Virus record (IMG/VR): IMGVR_UViG_3300044711_000162
Location: 1 to 46,543 of that record
Direction: 5' to 3' (one strand)
Source: a virus
Taxonomy: Duplodnaviria > Caudoviricetes
Length of the DNA: 46,543 bases
Shown: in pieces, positions 45,633 through 46,543 of the stretch
Numbering within the stretch: position 1 is the first letter of the stretch
Layout: each line of letters starts with the position of its first letter
The notes under the pieces: model-generated
Told to the model about the DNA's origin: nothing
What the model saw: the letters and a program-made list of their open reading frames with translations, nothing else
Databases searched by the model: none
Position numbers and translations under genes: made by a program

Positions 45633-46416
45633 GTGACCGTCAATACCGACAAGGTTTCGCACAGCTACTCGCCGGGTTCGGCGATGGCGGCGGAGTCGAT
45701 CCCCTTCCCCTTCCTGTCGCCCGACGATGTGCAGGTTACGCACATCGCCGACGACACGGGCGCGCGCACGCTGCTGGCGCCGGATAGCGACTATACGATC
45801 GACGGCGACGGGCCGGGCCAGGCCGCGACGATCACGGCGGTGGCCGCGTGGCCCGCCGACGATGTGTTCGAGCTGCTGCGCACGACGGGGCAGTTGCAGC
45901 CGGTGGCGGTGCCGCCGCTGCAGCCGTTCCCGGCGCGCGCGGGCGAACGGGCGCTCGACCGGCTGGCGATGGGCGTGCAGGAGGCGAACGACGGGCTGAG
46001 CCGGGCGATCCTGCTCGCGCCCGGCGACAGCTTCACGGGGCGGTTGCCGTCACGGGCCGATCGCGCGGGGCAGACGTTGGGGTTCGACGCGGACGGCGAG
46101 CCGATCGGGCTGCCGTCGTCGATCGGCGAAACGCTGGCGAGCCTGGCCGAAGCGGACGGCGCGGGCGCGGTCGGGTTTCTGCAGGCGGGCATCGCCGCCG
46201 TCGCGCGCAGCGTGCGCGCCCGGTTGCGCGACACGGTCAGCGTCAAGGACTTCGGCGCGCTGGGCAACGACAGCCACGACGATACCGCGGCATTCAACGC
46301 GGCGATCGCCTATCTCGCGAGCATCGGCGGCGGCGAGCTGTATGTTCCGCCGGGCACGTACAAGACGACGGGCGCGATCGCGGTGAATGCGCCGTGCATT
46401 TCGGTGCGCGGCGACG
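45633..46416 (+). CDS. Tailspike/tail fibre, 5' part (continues at 1..1022; about 601 aa total)
   Basis: GTG at 45633 gives MTVNTDKVSHSY..IPFPFLSPDDVQV (podoviral fibre anchor-like), then RDTVSVKDFGALGNDSHDDTAAFNAAI..GGELYVPPGTY (pectate-lyase-like beta-helix entry). Missed by the ORF track because it runs off the end. Confidence 0.88.
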
Positions 46417-46543
46417 GGCGGTCGAGCGTCATCAAGGGCTATGGCAGTTTCCACACCTTCGTCATCGACAATGGCGCGACGTCGGTCATCTCGCTGTACC
46501 GCAACAACGTCTCGCACCTGAGTTTTCAGGAATCGAACAAGAC
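46417..46543. repeat. Terminal direct repeat, copy 2
   Basis: Exact match to 1-127. Confidence 0.97.

Larger units (their letters stand above)
1..46416. mobile_element. Complete temperate podovirus-like phage genome (circular/excised form)
   Basis: Packaging, head, short-tail, lysis, integration, immunity and replication modules all present; no host housekeeping genes; intact attP-like site. Confidence 0.95.

Noticed and set aside
45633-46543. Diversity-generating retroelement as in some related podoviruses
   Set aside because: No reverse transcriptase and no TR/VR repeat pair seen

Overview
The window is a complete, circularly closed temperate phage genome of about 46,416 bp. Bases 1-127 repeat exactly at 46417-46543, most likely an assembly overlap. 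It is GC-rich with a podovirus-type virion module: TerS/TerL, head-tail connector portal, scaffold, capsid, tail tubular A/B, internal virion proteins, and a beta-helix tailspike spanning the contig join. An alphaproteobacterial (sphingomonad/caulobacter-like) host is inferred from the PEPxxWA-CTERM protein and promoter style. It also carries a lysis cassette, a post-lysis accessory module with a Pro/Thr-linker glycoside-hydrolase-like protein, a tyrosine integrase, an XRE repressor/Cro switch and a primase/helicase operon. Most notable: (1) a DNA-modification cluster of a Cys-less mini-QueD, a TGT/DpdA-like transglycosylase, two amino-MTases and a C5-MTase; (2) two tandem c4-like antisense RNAs with different guide loops upstream of a BRO antirepressor, only one of which has cognate targets nearby; (3) a palindrome encoding the BRO variable loop that has a near-identical free-standing copy about 800 bp away; (4) an attP carrying the 5' end and promoter of a tRNA; (5) a 13-bp operator-like box at seven intergenic sites, including the late promoters; (6) a phage-borne PEP-CTERM surface protein. 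All protein assignments come from motif recognition and synteny; no database searches were run.
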